A stretch of 64,000 nucleotides of DNA, taken from positions 97,280,001 to 97,344,000 of the forward strand of contig NW_024704742.1 in the NCBI RefSeq assembly GCF_018977255.1. Reading direction: 5' to 3'. A program made the translations under genes and the position numbers. A model generated the notes under the pieces. The model did no database searches. It was not told the DNA's origin and saw nothing but the letters and a program-made list of their open reading frames with translations. This document shows, one piece after another, positions 62,601 to 64,000 of this stretch (position 1 is its first letter; every line of letters begins with the position of its first letter). This stretch comes from Callorhinchus milii (Eukaryota).

Positions 62601-64000
62601 TAACTGCTTTCAGCATAGGAATATATCAGATCATCAGCACAGTTTTGTATGATTGGCATGTTCATATCAACATTCATTTCAGTAGAGACTTTTGCAAGAT
62701 TCTAGACTTCCCTCGTGCAGATGTCATTAATTAGTTTCTGCCTCCCTATTCATGTTCATGGATAACTCCCACTTGGATCAAGCATGCGGAAATATGTAGA
62801 GACCGAAAGGCCTGACTGAATCAATCAAATATTACCTGCAATTCTTCAAAGGATGTTAAGATCCTGTTATACATAATTTACCGTATCAGAGCAGATAAGC
62901 TTTTGAATCCAAATTAGAAGGGAAATTTCTAGGTGTCAGTCTGGCTCAGTTGGCGGGACTCAGAAAAATAAAATATGACTGTACTCTCATAGAAGTACAA
63001 ATAGACAAACTGTGCTAGCGTATCAAAGATCACATTATTACAACTATATCTTGTAAACATACAGGGTGGGTAGAGTGTACATATGAAAAGTAGGCAGCAG
63101 GTTTGGAGCTTTAGGAGGTCTAAAGTATCTCAGATTTAAAGGGAGTGCGTACCATAGGCACAACTAGGTCCATTCTATTGGTTCAGATGCGTAGATGTTG
63201 AGAGAGAAAGGGGCGGGGTGGGGGGGGGGGTGCAATTTGGCTGAAAACAATGAAATCACAGTCCACCATGGTAATTACAAAATTACAATTATATTTAAAA
63301 CATGTCCACAGCACTGCATTATGGATGAAACAACTTAGAACTGGTGCAAATACTATATAATTCAATGAAAAGGTTTTCAACAGCTTGCTATCCAGAATGC
63401 ACTGCTAAAAATGTGTTAGACAGTAATAATACTACATTTTATTACTTTCTCAGAATAGCACCAATAGGTTATATTTTTATAGGTTGCAAGATGAAACTAC
63501 AGTATTAAAAGGTGAGTGAGAGATGTGCTTTTGGTCCCAAACTGGTCAGCACTATTTTGTTTTTATAAACCGCAAACCTGTATGATACACCAAGGCTTAC
63601 AATGCAATATACTGTATAACCAAGGTAGAAAAGAATACAAAAGGAAATGAGGTAGATTAAGAGGAATGGTTCAGTGACTTCAAACTTATGTTTTAAAAGT
63701 ATGTGAGTTGTAGGATAAAGAGATCGCTGGCTGTGATTAGCAGCTCCACAGTCGGTAAGACTGAGAAAGAATGAGTTATAGAAAGGAATGTGATTAATTT
63801 TGACTTTAACACACTGAGGATAAAGGCACAAGGAGACGTACATTGATGGGTAATTTAGAATTGATTTGGATTCTCATAGATAAGCATCAGCATGGGTTTG
63901 GGAGCATTTTGCCTCAAGGTCCCAGCCGAAAAATTGTGCAATGTGTCTGGAGTTGGAAGTGGAAGGGTATAGAGTGACAACAAATCAATTAAAGTATATA

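Overview
Vertebrate, AT-rich, CpG-depleted genomic DNA. The repeat content (DeuSINE/SacSINE1-type SINEs, L2 and CR1 LINE fragments) points to a cartilaginous fish, possibly a chimaera (inference). The only protein-coding gene I can support is an uninterrupted FoxB2 forkhead transcription-factor CDS (29654-30646, minus strand). It lies in an approximately 11 kb CpG-retaining, almost transposon-free domain, with a ~550 bp GA-rich tract just upstream of the ATG. The flanks are gene-desert-like: decayed LINE/SINE fragments (several nested in one another), palindromic MITE-like remnants, two short local duplications and candidate developmental enhancers (Pbx-Hox/Meis, TCF, POU, Sox motifs). I found no evidence of a wholly new system such as a CRISPR array, operon or intact mobile element. 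The best leads are regulatory, plus the SINE/LINE 3'-tail relationships. Repeat boundaries were estimated by eye (about +/-20-50 bp), and family names come from recalled consensus features, not database searches.
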